A stretch of 63,562 nucleotides of DNA, filler included, from Sphacelaria rigidula (lineage: Eukaryota), in NCBI GenBank assembly GCA_964200075.2. It is 10 parts of 10 records of this genome, joined end to end, with 100 filler letters (N's around TTAATTAATTAA, not from the genome) between each part and the next. Parts side by side here need not be neighbours in the genome. Positions count along the whole stretch, not along the records: positions 1 to 6,267 come from CAXNAA020021128.1; positions 6,368 to 12,634 come from CAXNAA020021129.1; 8 more parts are not named here. One strand, written 5' to 3'. The translations under genes were made by a program, and so were the position numbers. The notes under the pieces were generated by a model. It searched no databases, was not told the origin of the DNA, and worked only from the letters and a program-made list of their open reading frames with translations. Positions 1 through 10,994 of this stretch are shown here, piece by piece. Position 1 is the stretch's first letter, and each line of letters begins with the position of its first letter.

Positions 1-78
1 GGATTGATTCGTCACAAGTCGACTCATGATACTAAAACCAAGTTATTTCTAGACGAATCATTATTTGTCCGACCCTTG
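1..78 (+). mobile_element. hAT-type MITE family H, 3' part (truncated by window start)
   Basis: Matches the 3' end of full copies at 3271 and 8542 and ends in the TIR ...TTTGTCCGACCCTTG. Confidence 0.85.
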
Positions 79-522
79 AAGAATTGCGAAGTAGGATTCG
101 AGGCTTCCTAAACACACCCGCCTTCTTTCAGCTAATGTTCACGTTTGGATATGAACGGTCCACACAGAAAGGATCCAAGAGCAAGGAACAAGGAAACGAT
201 ACAGTACCTCGCTGGAACTAGAGAGAAGAAATTGAGAACTACGCACATTTGTCTTCAACAATAATATACAGTGGTTGATCTGTCACCTGACGAAAAGTCG
301 CCCCCAGGCCGATCACCGGCACTTTCCAAGCTTCCACCCAATTAGGCCTTGGAGGGCGAGAGTACGTAATCTCTTATAATCGGCATCGATTTCACCTCAA
401 TGAAAAGTACGAATCATCCAGATGGACTACCCTCGCGGTCTACGGGTTGACTGAATGATTCTACGATAGCGGCGCCACCTGAAACTCTTCACAACGTTCG
501 TGGATATTATAAACCGTCAATA

Positions 523-1111
523 GAGAGTTTCGGAACACGCATTTTTGTCATTTCAGAGTGCAAATATCTCAGGATCAGAGAGTGCAGAATGAAAAAAAAG
601 TTCATCGGAAGAAAGTGAAGGGGATGCCACATTTGAAGGAGCGGGAAATAATTTTTCGTTACACTCTGATCCTGAGATGAGCGGTGCTACGGTAGGGGTG
701 CACAAATATTATCATGGGTTAGAATTGTTAGGAGCCCTTTATCTAATGCAAAACACGACCTATGAAAATATGTGAAAGTACGCCAGGATTGCTACTCCAA
801 TGTTGGGGATATCCCGAATGAATTTGCAAACGGGGATGCCCTGACCCATGTTTTTGTGCATCTAGAATCATAAGGAGGCACTCAACAAGACAAAATTTTG
901 CGAAAAAGTGCACCCCTACCGTGGCATTGCTCTTTTTGTCATTTCAGAGTGCAAATATCTCAGGATCAGAGGGCAGAATAAAATAATAATCTCATGGAAA
1001 AGAAGTGAAGGGGATACCACATTTGAAGGAGCGGGAAATAATTTTTCTTTACACTCTGATCCTGAGATATTCGCACTCTGAAATGACAAAAATGCGTTTT
1101 CCGAAACTCTT
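523..1111. mobile_element. Composite TA-flanked MITE (Tc1/mariner-like) with ~57-bp TIRs, internally duplicated around a nested MITE
   Basis: AGAGTTTCGGAACACGCATTTTTGTCATTTCAGAGTGC... at 524 is inverted at ...GCACTCTGAAATGACAAAAATGCGTTTTCCGAAACTCT (1110). TA on both sides. 542-678 recurs, diverged, at 933-1068. Confidence 0.75.
679..932. mobile_element. MITE family A (TIR GAGCAATGCTACGGTAGGGGTGCAC)
   Basis: ~25-bp imperfect TIRs; a full homologous copy lies in opposite orientation at 56845-57101. Confidence 0.85.
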
Positions 1112-1884
1112 TAACACCACCTCGGACTCTTCACACCAAGGAGCTTTTCAACATTCTGACATACGAGCGCTACATTGCTTGAGCTATTCATTATTCTATA
1201 CGACGGATGTTCTCTACAGAACCTCTTCGGTTGCTACGATCTTTACTACTCAGTCACTTCTCAGCTCAGCCGTAACTAGTTGTTCCGCCGCTAAACTTGC
1301 GTATAAGGCCAACTCTTATGGCAGTGTTAAGAATTTTATTTTGCAATAATTTTAAACCACTTTTTTTTTTCTTTGCCGTAGTTGTGTATTTTGTGCCCGC
1401 TCACCATGATAAGGAAGAAATAAAAAACTCCTCTTAAATTTTTGCAAATTAAATTTCAAACGCTCCCATAAGAGTTGGCCTAAGTGTATGTATTCGCAAA
1501 AGGTATTTCTTAAATTACAAGTGCATGCATGTATCATTCGTAGCTCCTCGCTTCGGAAGCCCCTGAATGTGACGGATTTGGGCCCACATGTGCAACCCCT
1601 CCCTCAGCATTGGGTGTTTACGTCTTGAGCTAGCACGGGTTCTGTGTGCATGTGACCCATCATAATCTTCAAGATGAACGATTTTTTCAAAAACCGTGCT
1701 AGTATAATGAGTGAAAGTCTACCGTGGCATGACACCGTTTCAACAGGTGCAAGGGACTCGCACGCTTGGGTGCATCCTCTTTTAGGGGATATTGTAAAGG
1801 CGTGCCGTGTTCGCTCTATCTCTTTTTTTCAGAGGTGTGTACGGAGGAAATCTCGTTTTTTTCTCCTTGCTTTGAGACCGACTA

Positions 1885-2200
1885 ACATTGTTTTCGCGAG
1901 ATTGACAGTAGAGTATATGATTGAGAGTGAAAAGCGATCAATTACTAAAAGTGAATTATCCGCTTCAGTTCCCAAATGCTCCTCCACGAGGCCCGATATG
2001 CTCTCTGTAGTAGCTTGCCACCGAGGTCCTTGATATCCCCGAGTAGGATATCGATGTATAGCCGTAAGCACAGGCCAGTGACGAGAAAAAGCACACACGG
2101 AGTGAAAAATTGGCCAAGTATAAAGCAAACGATCAAAGCCACTCTCAATCAGCGCTCTACTCTCAAATCTCACGAAAATGTTGTTAACTGTAAAGCGAAT
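1885..2200. repeat. Diverged dispersed repeat, partner at ~3738-4045
   Basis: Shared blocks TTGAGAGTGAAAAGCG, CCTCCACGAGGCCCGA, AAGCACACACGG, AAAATTGGCC, GCGCTCTACTCT, ATCTCACGAAAA occur in the same order in both places. Confidence 0.75.
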
Positions 2201-2585
2201 TTTAAGCAAGAAGGGCAAAGAAAACAAGATACTGACAAGAGGAATCCAACCAGCGTGTTCGCGTTGCAAGAATACGTCGTCTTCCTTCTCCTCCTCCCTC
2301 GGGAGCAATTTGAAAACGAAAACGCCGTTTGAAATCCGTGAAAATTCCGCCACGGATTACGCTGTAAATCCGTAGCATAGGAGCCGCACTATGAAATCGT
2401 TCGAAGCGGAATGTGTGCGGGTCGAGCCCCCGTGCCGGTAACTTTTTCGTGTTCCTTTTTTCATTCACGTTTCTCCTTTGTTCTGGCGCTATTACAGTCT
2501 TGCAATATGTAGAACCACGGTTTTATCCGTACACATCCCTGCTTTTTTTCTCCTATTTTTCCCTTCACCGAACTCAGATTCGAGC

Positions 2586-2927
2586 ATGGAACGGCGGCGC
2601 AGCACCCGACACCGTTTGCGGATATTATCTACCATCACATGCGTCAACCTCCTTCTTCTCCATCTCCGAGGTGCCTGGGCCGACCCCGCGAAACAGGTTG
2701 CACCGTCGGACTCGCCTGATAATTCTGGCACCAGAGCCGCCCCGGAGCAAGGGCTTGGACGGTCACGACAAGCGGATGCTGAAACTACTTCCGTCACCGA
2801 AAATGGACATACACATGAGGAAGATGGACATGCTGCGGTGGTGCGCACGTCTGCTGCCGGGTACAATACAGTCCCGGGAAGATCTGGAGCTGGTCGAGGT
2901 GGCGGTCTCCGCGGGCCTCCGTTAAAG
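2586..2927 (+). CDS. Possible first exon of a secreted, low-complexity protein
   Basis: ATG at 2586; MERRRSTRHRLRILSTITCVNLLLLHLRGAWA-DP resembles a signal peptide; GC-rich; ends at AAG|GTGC donor in phase 0. Confidence 0.4.
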
Positions 2928-3270
2928 GTGCAAAAAAAAAAAAAAAGAGGAAACATCCGCTTTTTTTTTTTTTTTTTTTTTCTTTTTTTTTTTTTGTTCT
3001 TTGCTGAGTTACCCCTTTTTCCCTTCTTTTTTTNNNNNNNNNNAAAAAACAGTCCAGAAAAAATATGGAAATAGTCAAGGTGGCAGTCTCCGAGGGAATA
3101 AATAAAAGAAAAAAAAAAAAAAAAAAAGAGGAAACATCCGCTTTTTTTTCATCTTTTTTCACCTGTCTGTCCCCATCTGCTTGCCGAAGTGAAGGGTTGT
3201 ACCCGACTGTGTTTCAGGGGGTTGTTGGGTAGGGTAAATACCCGGTCCAGTCTCCAACCTTTTACCTTTA

Positions 3271-3526
3271 CACGGTTAGGACGAATCATCACGATTCAAA
3301 ATCACCAAATCTTCGGCCTGATTGCCCAAAAGGGAGAAAACTATTTGACCGCTGGTCCAAGGGGCATCCACGCAACTTTTGCGCCATTCCACGTGTCTGG
3401 GCTGCTTGTACCTGGGTTGCANNNNNNNNNNTGAAAACAAAGCCTAGGCATTGATTCGTACGATTCGAATCAATTACACTAAAGCCAAGTAATTTCCAGA
3501 CGAATCATTGACTTGCCCGACCCTTG
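3271..3526 (+). mobile_element. hAT-type MITE family H
   Basis: Imperfect 16-bp TIR (family consensus CACGGTTAGGACGAAT / CAAGGGTCGGACGAAT); flanks TACCTTTA / AACCTTTA (7/8 TSD); contains an N10 gap. Confidence 0.9.
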
Positions 3527-5468
3527 AACCTTTACCCAATGTAAAGTAGTTGGGTACGATCGCAATACTTATACCCGATATCTTTGTATCTGTTGAGGAC
3601 GATCTCGATGCTCTACCCGAAGTTTTGGGTGCTTGCCGTACATTTTTCGCTAAATGTCCCAATGTGGGAAGTAGTACCCTACCGAACACATCCTTATATT
3701 CCTTCACGATTATCATGTTTTTATACGTTATGATGATGAACAATGTTTTCGTGGAATTGAGAGAGTAGAGGATACGGTTGAGAGTGAAAAGCGGTCAGTC
3801 AGTCAGTGAATCGTTTCAGTTCCGAAATGTACCTCCACGAGGCCCGAAATATTTCTGTACTAGCTTTGCTACTGAGGCCCTTGATTTCCCTCAATAGGAA
3901 ATCGACGTGTAGCTGTTGACACGCGGCAATGAAAAAGACGAGACAAGCACACACGGAACGAAAATTGGCCGAGTTGAAGCGAATGATCAAACTCACTCTC
4001 GATCCGCGCTCTACTCTGGATCTCACGAAAACATGGTTGACATTGGTTTTCTTGATGGTTATGAGTAGAGGTCGAGCCGTGATTTGAAATCCCCCGTGTT
4101 CGTATGGCCTCACCCGGGCACTCGTTGGGACTTATTTCTGCAATCTTCCTTGTTACCGTACCGTTACCAATCAAGGTCACTGCACCGAAGAAGAAGAACT
4201 GAACGTCGGTGTCACGTAGTTAGGTAACCCTTAGACCGCAAGGGCAGTCCACCTGGATCATGTACGAGCTGGTCCAGCCTAGAAACGCGGATTAACGCTC
4301 TCAAAGCAAAATCTCTAACACAGACGAGTCGGGCCGTGATCCGCATATCGTATTCATCGTCTGGTCAAGGGGAAGATGTCCATCTGCTGAGAGTCTGGGC
4401 CTTTCTTTGTCATTGATTAAACGCCATTTCTAGTCATTCCTATACTGTACGGAAAACCCTCGGGCAAAGGGGGTGTAGAGTGTTTCTCCGACAAAGTGTG
4501 CGTCGCCAGAGCTCAAATGGACGCCTTTGAGCCGATTTTGGACCAAAACACGTTCTGGACGAGCTGGGTTTTTACTGCTCACCACTGCTCACCTGCCCGA
4601 AGTCATGAACTTTCTCAGAACTTCCCCTCGTCTGAAATCAAGTAAAATCCAGTACCAACCATTGTTTACGTACATCTCCTGAGGTAGACTTGGTCCGAGA
4701 GGAGCGGAGTGACTGTTCCGGCCAATCACGACTATCAAAATGACCACTTTGTTCTCGTTCAGGTGGACTACTTTGCTGTCTACAGCAGCCGTATTTCTCA
4801 TTTTGGTCAAGACAATTCAACCTAGATAACATGGACACGGATAACGTGTTTTTGAATATTACATGCTCATGGTCTATATGCCGCCTGCTGGACCCCTCAC
4901 GTGACTATATTAAGCGCCATTTCTCGTTGATTGAACGTCATATGCCGCCTTTGGTCGGGGTTATGGTTAGGGTTGGGATTAGCGTCAAGGTTGGCAGCAT
5001 CTCCATAGTACCAGCCATCGTTCACGTACATTTTTTCATGTCTCATCCTTGGGGCTCGTTACTGGCTTACAACTTTCCGTGGTGAACAAGCATACAGGGT
5101 AGTCTTGGGCAGCTTTTCGGCTGTTCTGCGAACAGGACCCCACCCCCTTGTCAGAAACCGCCCCCCCGCCCCCTGCAAGAAGTCAGATTTCCCTGGACGG
5201 TCAGCCGGTGAAGCTGCTCCGAGGCGACGCTCGCTTTCTCAGCGTTAAACTCTTGGACGGCGAGAGTAGGCCATCTGTTTTATCGACATCAATGTTTCAC
5301 TCGAGAATATTAATACGAGCTATTCCAGCCTAGAAGCGGATTTATAGGTTGCAGACCCGCGCTCACCTCAATTTTGAGATTTGAACGTTCAGATTTGGTA
5401 TGGGGAATGAATCGGGCACAACGAAAATAAAAAATCCTTCGAGGACGAAAAGTTTTCTCCGGGCATTA

Positions 5469-5807
5469 GACCGCTCCTCATAACAGACAATGATGAGAAT
5501 CTGGGAAAGTGCCTTTTTGGGGTTTTACGCGCTAATAAAGGGCAGGCGGAGATTGACACCTTGGAATGACTTGAATCACCATTTTTCTGTGGACTTGACC
5601 GTTCTTGGACAAATGTTCTTGTTCGGCCAAAATAAAACCTGTAGTCACCAGAAACAAAAAAATGTCCTGGAACCGGCCCAACTAGTATAGCAAGTCATTC
5701 CAAGGTGTCAAACTCCGCCTAGCTTTCTATTAGCGCGTAAAACGACGTAATAGCTCCAAAAAGGCACATTTGCAGGTTTTTATTTTCGTCTGTTATAAGG
5801 AGCTGCC
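5469..5807. mobile_element. Foldback MITE with ~100-bp TIRs, PIF/Harbinger-like
   Basis: GCTCCTCATAACAGAC...GGCGGAGATTGACACCTTGGAATGACTTG is inverted as CAAGTCATTCCAAGGTGTCAAACTCCGCC...GTCTGTTATAAGGAGC; flanks TTA / TGA. Confidence 0.75.
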
Positions 5808-5921
5808 TGAACCCTCAGACAGCGAGCGTCGCCTCGGAACCGTTTTACACACCACCTCCACCCCCATGTCCCCTCGCTGTGCTCAAAAACTCGTCTCGGA
5901 TGGTTGTATTTCGTTTTCAAG

Positions 5922-6220
5922 AACGGATACCGACAGCAGCCCAAGCGGAGGAGAGGAGAAAACCCGTATCATTCTCACTTCAGGCACAACAGCTCTTCAG
6001 CAGTATCCTCAAGTGACCGGCGTGGAGCAAACCGGAACTCGACGACGTCGGACGCACAGAGCGGCGGCGGCAGTATTGGAGGAGGCGTTCGAGGCATGAA
6101 TCGTCATATAGAACACGGGGGAGTACGGACGCACATCAATACACATCATCATGGAGCGGATGATGGACCGAGCACCAGTTGTAACTTGATGGATCTTTCC
6201 GGAGTGGAAGGCGGAATGAA
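5922..6220 (+). CDS. Possible internal exon (Gly/Ser/Arg/His-rich)
   Basis: Open frame NGYRQQPKRRR...EGGMK after TTTTCAAG and before a canonical GTGAGT donor at 6221; phase-compatible with 2586-2927. Confidence 0.35.
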
Positions 6221-6267
6221 GTGAGTCCTTGAACCATGGCGAGCGGGGGGGGGGGGGGGGGGTGTTT

Positions 6268-6367
6268 NNNNNNNNNNNNNNNNNNNNNNNNNNNNNNNNN
6301 NNNNNNNNNNNTTAATTAATTAANNNNNNNNNNNNNNNNNNNNNNNNNNNNNNNNNNNNNNNNNNNN
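6268..6367. other. Artificial scaffold spacer
   Basis: N44-TTAATTAATTAA-N44. Confidence 0.99.
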
Positions 6368-6454
6368 AAAGCCTAGGGATTGATTCGTCCCGAGTCGACT
6401 CAATACACTAAAACCAAGTAATTTTCAGACGAATCATTATTCGTCCGACCCTTG
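6368..6454 (+). mobile_element. hAT-type MITE family H, 3' part (truncated by scaffold start)
   Basis: Matches the family 3' end, ending ATTCGTCCGACCCTTG. Confidence 0.85.
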
Positions 6455-8541
6455 AAATCTTCCAGAAGAAGCCCAATCCGCTAAGGCCCGTATTCCGCCC
6501 GAAGTCCGCGATGAAAGCCTCGAAAAGGGCAGTTCTCAGAGTCCGTTTCCTGACTATTCGAAGAGACCTCAACAAAAAAGAATCCATCTACAATTTTTCA
6601 GGATCCCCTGATACATGATCGAGTTCAATTCAGGGTATGCGGCAGGTTCGGCGCTTCCCTGCCGCCTGTCGTCTGAAGACGCAACATCGACTTTCTTCGT
6701 ATGCCACAGAAGATGGCGGCTGCTCAAACAACGTAGGACATGATAGTTCGCGAAATCATCTTGTCTAAACAGAAATTCATGGAGTGGCGCGAGATCCGCT
6801 CTGTGAGCTGAGATCAACTTTGGAGAGTCAACTGATCGAGGGATGATTCATGTGAGAAAACTACACTTTTCCCCTATTTTTGCCGACGGAGACTCACTCT
6901 CATAACGGAGGTTGGGAAAGTAATGTTTCAGAAGCCAATGAGGGAATAAAGCAAGGTTTCCATCTACATATATTTTCCGTTGCTAACCAATATGGCACAC
7001 ATTCGTCCCGCACGTGATCTCAAGATGAGTAGGGAACGAAAATGACATTGCCCCTGGGATTTTCCGCCAACCATCTGTAGAATATTTCTTCGGCGCCAAA
7101 ACCGGCAGGGAAGGGGTCTTTACAGAGAAGAGATGCTGTGCCACCCCTACTCGGTTTGCGAGTAAGAGGTGAAGATGAGAAACACAAGAAACGGATGGGT
7201 TGAGATTTTTCACGCGAAGCCACGTAATACAAACAACCTACTCACTGTTCCATCATCAACAAGCGCTGTGACTGTGATGCGCATCATAACAGTGCCCGTT
7301 TATTCGATCACCGTGGGTACAGCCGGCTTTCTTGTGCACAATGGCCAGGACAGTATAATGACCTCGGGGACCAGTTAATATGCGACAATAAATCAAAATC
7401 ATCACAATTGATCACGAAAAGTCAATCACCACCATTCAATTCAGTGCTGCACGAACCATTACCCACTCCCCCGTGGCAAGTGGGCATGTAAAACCATTTC
7501 ATCCTCAACGCTGTACCGACGTGGACATTCGCGTGTGCCCGCCCTTCATGCTCCTTTAAATAAATAAATCCTATAAAGATACATCCTCTTCAGAAGAATC
7601 AGGCCGAGGAATACGCATGAACTCAAAAGAAAAAAGCGCGAACACACAGAAACTCCCCCTTGCCAGATGCTCATATAAAACCATCTCATCCTCAACCCTG
7701 TACCGATGTGGAGGTGCGCATGTGCCCGCCCCTGATGCCCCTTTCATAAATCAACTCCTTAAAAAAAAGGTAATCTCGTTCGTAAGAATAAGGCTCACAA
7801 ACACGCACAAACTCAGAAAAACAGCGCAAACGCACAAAGAGGATTGCTGTCGGCATGTACAGCACATAGAGGTACATTACATGGCCACACCGTACAGAAA
7901 CTCCACGTCTGCCATCAATGTGAAGCCTAAGCGCTTCTTGCTCACGTACAGAAATTTCCTAATATCCTGTACCTACACTCATCCCGAGGAAAGGGAGAGG
8001 TTGAAATTCAAGTACGACGAAAATTAACAACAATTGGCGGTGACGGGAGCCGAAGTTGCTGTCAAGCACCAAAGCCACGCCTTCACCATGCAGCGACCCC
8101 GCCCGGTAACGATAAAAATACACGAAACTGAATCAATAAAAAAAAGAAACACACTCATCGAGGAACATTATAGGTCACGCCTGGCTCGTGGACGATCGAT
8201 CAATACCACCAGTGACTTTCACGCCCGCGTGCCGGATACATTCATACGCGTTGGCCAGCCAATCAGACCTTCACGGCTGGTATCAAATCAAAATTATCCA
8301 ATCCTTGTTGCGCCCTGCCAGAGGTAGTGGAAATGATCTCGGTGGGGTCTCACCTGGTTGTCCGAACCAGGACAACGAGCGGGAACGCTAGCGCCGAAAC
8401 AGAAGGGACCGTGAACCGTACAGTAAATCAAAGCCTTGGCAGAATGGCAGGTTGTCAAGAGGTTTTATTATCGGCACTCTGTACGTGGTGACAATAATTG
8501 CAATAGGCCTACGCTTTACGCGGTACATTTTGTTTCTATTG

Positions 8542-8802
8542 CACGGTGGGGACGAATCGTCGCTGGTTCGAATCACCACAAAATTCACGATTGCTTAGGC
8601 CTGATTGCTCGAAAGAGAGGAAAACGTCGACCGCTGGTCAAACAGGCCTCCACACAACTTTTGTGCCATTCCACGTGCCTGGGCTGCGCGTGCCTGGCTT
8701 GCAACGCTGAAAAGAAAGCCCAAGGATTGATTCGTGCGGTACGAATCAATGACACAAAAATCAAGTAATTTCCTCACGAATCATCATTTCGTCCGACCCT
8801 TG
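8542..8802 (+). mobile_element. hAT-type MITE family H
   Basis: TIRs CACGGTGGGGACGAAT / TTTCGTCCGACCCTTG; perfect 8-bp TSD TTCTATTG on both sides. Confidence 0.92.
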
Positions 8803-8900
8803 TTCTATTGCAAAACTTGGCCGTATATTGTCAAGGGCGTGAAACTGTGCTTGCCTCCCGGATCCTGCCACGGTCCCGCTTTTTCTCCGTCGTCACAATT

Positions 8901-9250
8901 TTAACCCCTTCTCCTCGAGGTCAATGGTCTGATGACTACGACATGCAACATCATGAGCACACCTCCCCCCCTCTTCCTCTGGACCAGTCCGTCGTCTCTA
9001 AGAATAACCCATCTCATCCCCGGTACACGCCTTGCATTTTGGTCTCGCGGATTGGATCATGACTACTCCGGCACCGCATCAATTCTTGTCGAACAAACTC
9101 GGTCAAATAAATTTGCCACCCACGTTCTTATGTCTCATGCCATGCTTTCAACGACGAAAATCAGATTCTTCGGGGAAGAAGCCCCACACACGTCGGGCGG
9201 GTATTGACCTCTCGTTATTTGCACCCTACTTGTGTGTGTGTTTACATCAC
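8901..9250 (+). repeat. Dispersed repeat (copies at ~54200-54520 + and ~41700-41812 -), here carrying an inserted ~55-bp motif at 8916-8971
   Basis: CACGCCTTGCATTTTGGTCTCGCGGA(T/G)TGGATCATGA and flanking blocks are shared with scaffold 9 and, diverged, with scaffold 7. Confidence 0.75.
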
Positions 9251-10004
9251 TCCACCTGCGCGGCGGTGTTGGCACCCTCCAAAGGTGCAGGAGTCACGGG
9301 ACTCTGACAACACATGCATTCCACACACCGTGGGTGCCCTGAGGTTCTTACTAATCCATCTGCAGCGGGGGGGGGAGGGAGGGGAGAGAGGGGAAGGTAC
9401 CACACATAAGGCTCATGGCGTTGTGAAGTGTGTATGCGCGGCAAACCGCAGTGCACAGTGCGCAGTGCACTGTTTCCGAAACAAACGGCGAAAAAACAAG
9501 AGAACAAAAATAAAATTATTGCGTTGTTGTTTGCACCAAAAAAGAGGACGACAGTATACAAGCGTCGACCAATAACTAGTGTCACAAGATGAAAGCGTAA
9601 ACCCTATATACAAACAAAATACGGAAATATGGCTTGCGCTTGGTTCTCTGGGCGCAGCAGCATCACAGTTACCCGGCACACACCTGGGGTCGAGACGACT
9701 AACTAGCAATGAAAACAACGGACAAAATCACATGGGTAACCGACTGCCGACGTCCGTACGTTCGGTTATGATTGTATATCACCGGAGCGCCTTGCTTGGA
9801 GGGAGACCACATGAAAACGGCAAAGAGAAAAAGATAGACTGGCTAAATAAGGCCGAAACACCACCTCATTTCCCCCCTCACCTTACATACATTCAAGAAA
9901 TACAATAGACCTACACGCACATACATATTTCCATGATCAATCACAGTGATAGGTTCAACCCCACCGCAGCTGTCATCCCTCACCATATCACCAACCCTGC
10001 CGCT

Positions 10005-10994
10005 CTACAGTAGCCCATACTGTGCTCGCTGCTGCCGATTAACAGACACGGCATGCTCGTACAGTAAAAGATCGAGCCTCAAGTACTTCTTGATCTTCAG
10101 GTCCGTCCAGGCTAGTCTGAGCGCCTCGTGTTCCGCATCCTTGTTCTCCCTCAGATTGTTCTGCACTCCGTGTTGCCGGAACGCAGTCGACCAGTCGAGC
10201 CCAGGAAAGCCTAACGCGCGGTTGAATAACTCGAGGGTCGAGTTGTACTGCTCTAATATACCAACGGCGGCATACTTGCTACCGAGCACCGCCTGCACGG
10301 GCTCCAAATACTTATACATGCCGGCGTCCGGTGCGTAAGCCCTGCTCCTCTTCCTGTGCGCTTCGTTCAGGTACTCCCTGACCAGATACCAGTCGGGGCA
10401 CGTGGGGCAATCGAAAGCGGACCTAGACGACATCACATCTTCGGGGGACACGAATGACAGCGCAAATTGCCGAAGCCCAAAATTGGTCCAATGCTTCGCG
10501 AACGTTACGATGTCCATCTCCTCGGCGCGCGCGATGGTGGATCCGCACAGGTGATCCCCGGGCGTCTGCTTGCAGTAAAAATACGCGGACACAAGTCTCG
10601 CGACCGGATGCCTGAACACGGTGAACCACTTGCATTGCCCGGCGCCATGCGGTCTGAGAGCCTCCGTGTAACCCCCCCACGTGATGGTGTTCTTCTCCGC
10701 TAGGTATTCGGTCACGTACGAAGTGCCTTCGTTCCACTGTTGCCAGTCGTACAGTCCCGTGGAAATCCCTCGGTCCTCGACGTATGGCTTCAGTATACCC
10801 TTGACCGTCTGCCCTCCCGACTTGTTCATGTGCGTGAACACCCAGCACTGCTTCCGCTGTTCCTCTTCTTCGCTTTTTGTTCCTCGCCGTGATGATCGGA
10901 TCGCCACGCCCGCGGAATGCTCGTCCCCAGCGCCGGCTGCGGCTAGAATTAACAGGACTACCCCCCCGAGCTGCACGTAGTGAGGGACGCGCAT
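10005..10994 (-). CDS. Golgi/type II membrane sulfotransferase (Sulfotransfer_2 / Gal-3-O-sulfotransferase-like), 329 aa, single exon
   Basis: N-terminal hydrophobic anchor (LGGVVLLILAAAGA); 5'-PSB-like WVFTHMNKSGGQTV; 3'-PB-like FTVFRHPVARLVSAYFY; C-terminal VGILEQY and LDLLLYEHA motifs; strongly GC3-biased uninterrupted ORF. Confidence 0.9.
   Translation of the reverse strand: MRVPHYVQLGGVVLLILAAAGAGDEHSAGVAIRSSRRGTKSEEEEQRKQCWVFTHMNKSGGQTVKGILKPYVEDRGISTGLYDWQQWNEGTSYVTEYLAEKNTITWGGYTEALRPHGAGQCKWFTVFRHPVARLVSAYFYCKQTPGDHLCGSTIARAEEMDIVTFAKHWTNFGLRQFALSFVSPEDVMSSRSAFDCPTCPDWYLVREYLNEAHRKRSRAYAPDAGMYKYLEPVQAVLGSKYAAVGILEQYNSTLELFNRALGFPGLDWSTAFRQHGVQNNLRENKDAEHEALRLAWTDLKIKKYLRLDLLLYEHAVSVNRQQRAQYGLL

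Noticed and set aside
1..78. Family H 3' hairpin (GACGAAT-CATT-ATTCGTC) read as a Helitron or IS200/IS605-type end
   Set aside because: Complete copies have TIRs and 8-bp TSDs, which indicates cut-and-paste hAT; no TnpB/Fanzor or HUH ORF was recognised in the window.
2375..2450. tRNA or tRNA-derived SINE (GGGTCGAGCCCC resembles a B box)
   Set aside because: No cloverleaf or clear A box, and no second copy in the window.
2890..3160. Duplicated poly-A/GAGGAAACATCCGC/poly-T block resembling a terminator or retrocopy tail
   Set aside because: The two versions flank an N10 gap and look like low-quality read ends of the same sequence.
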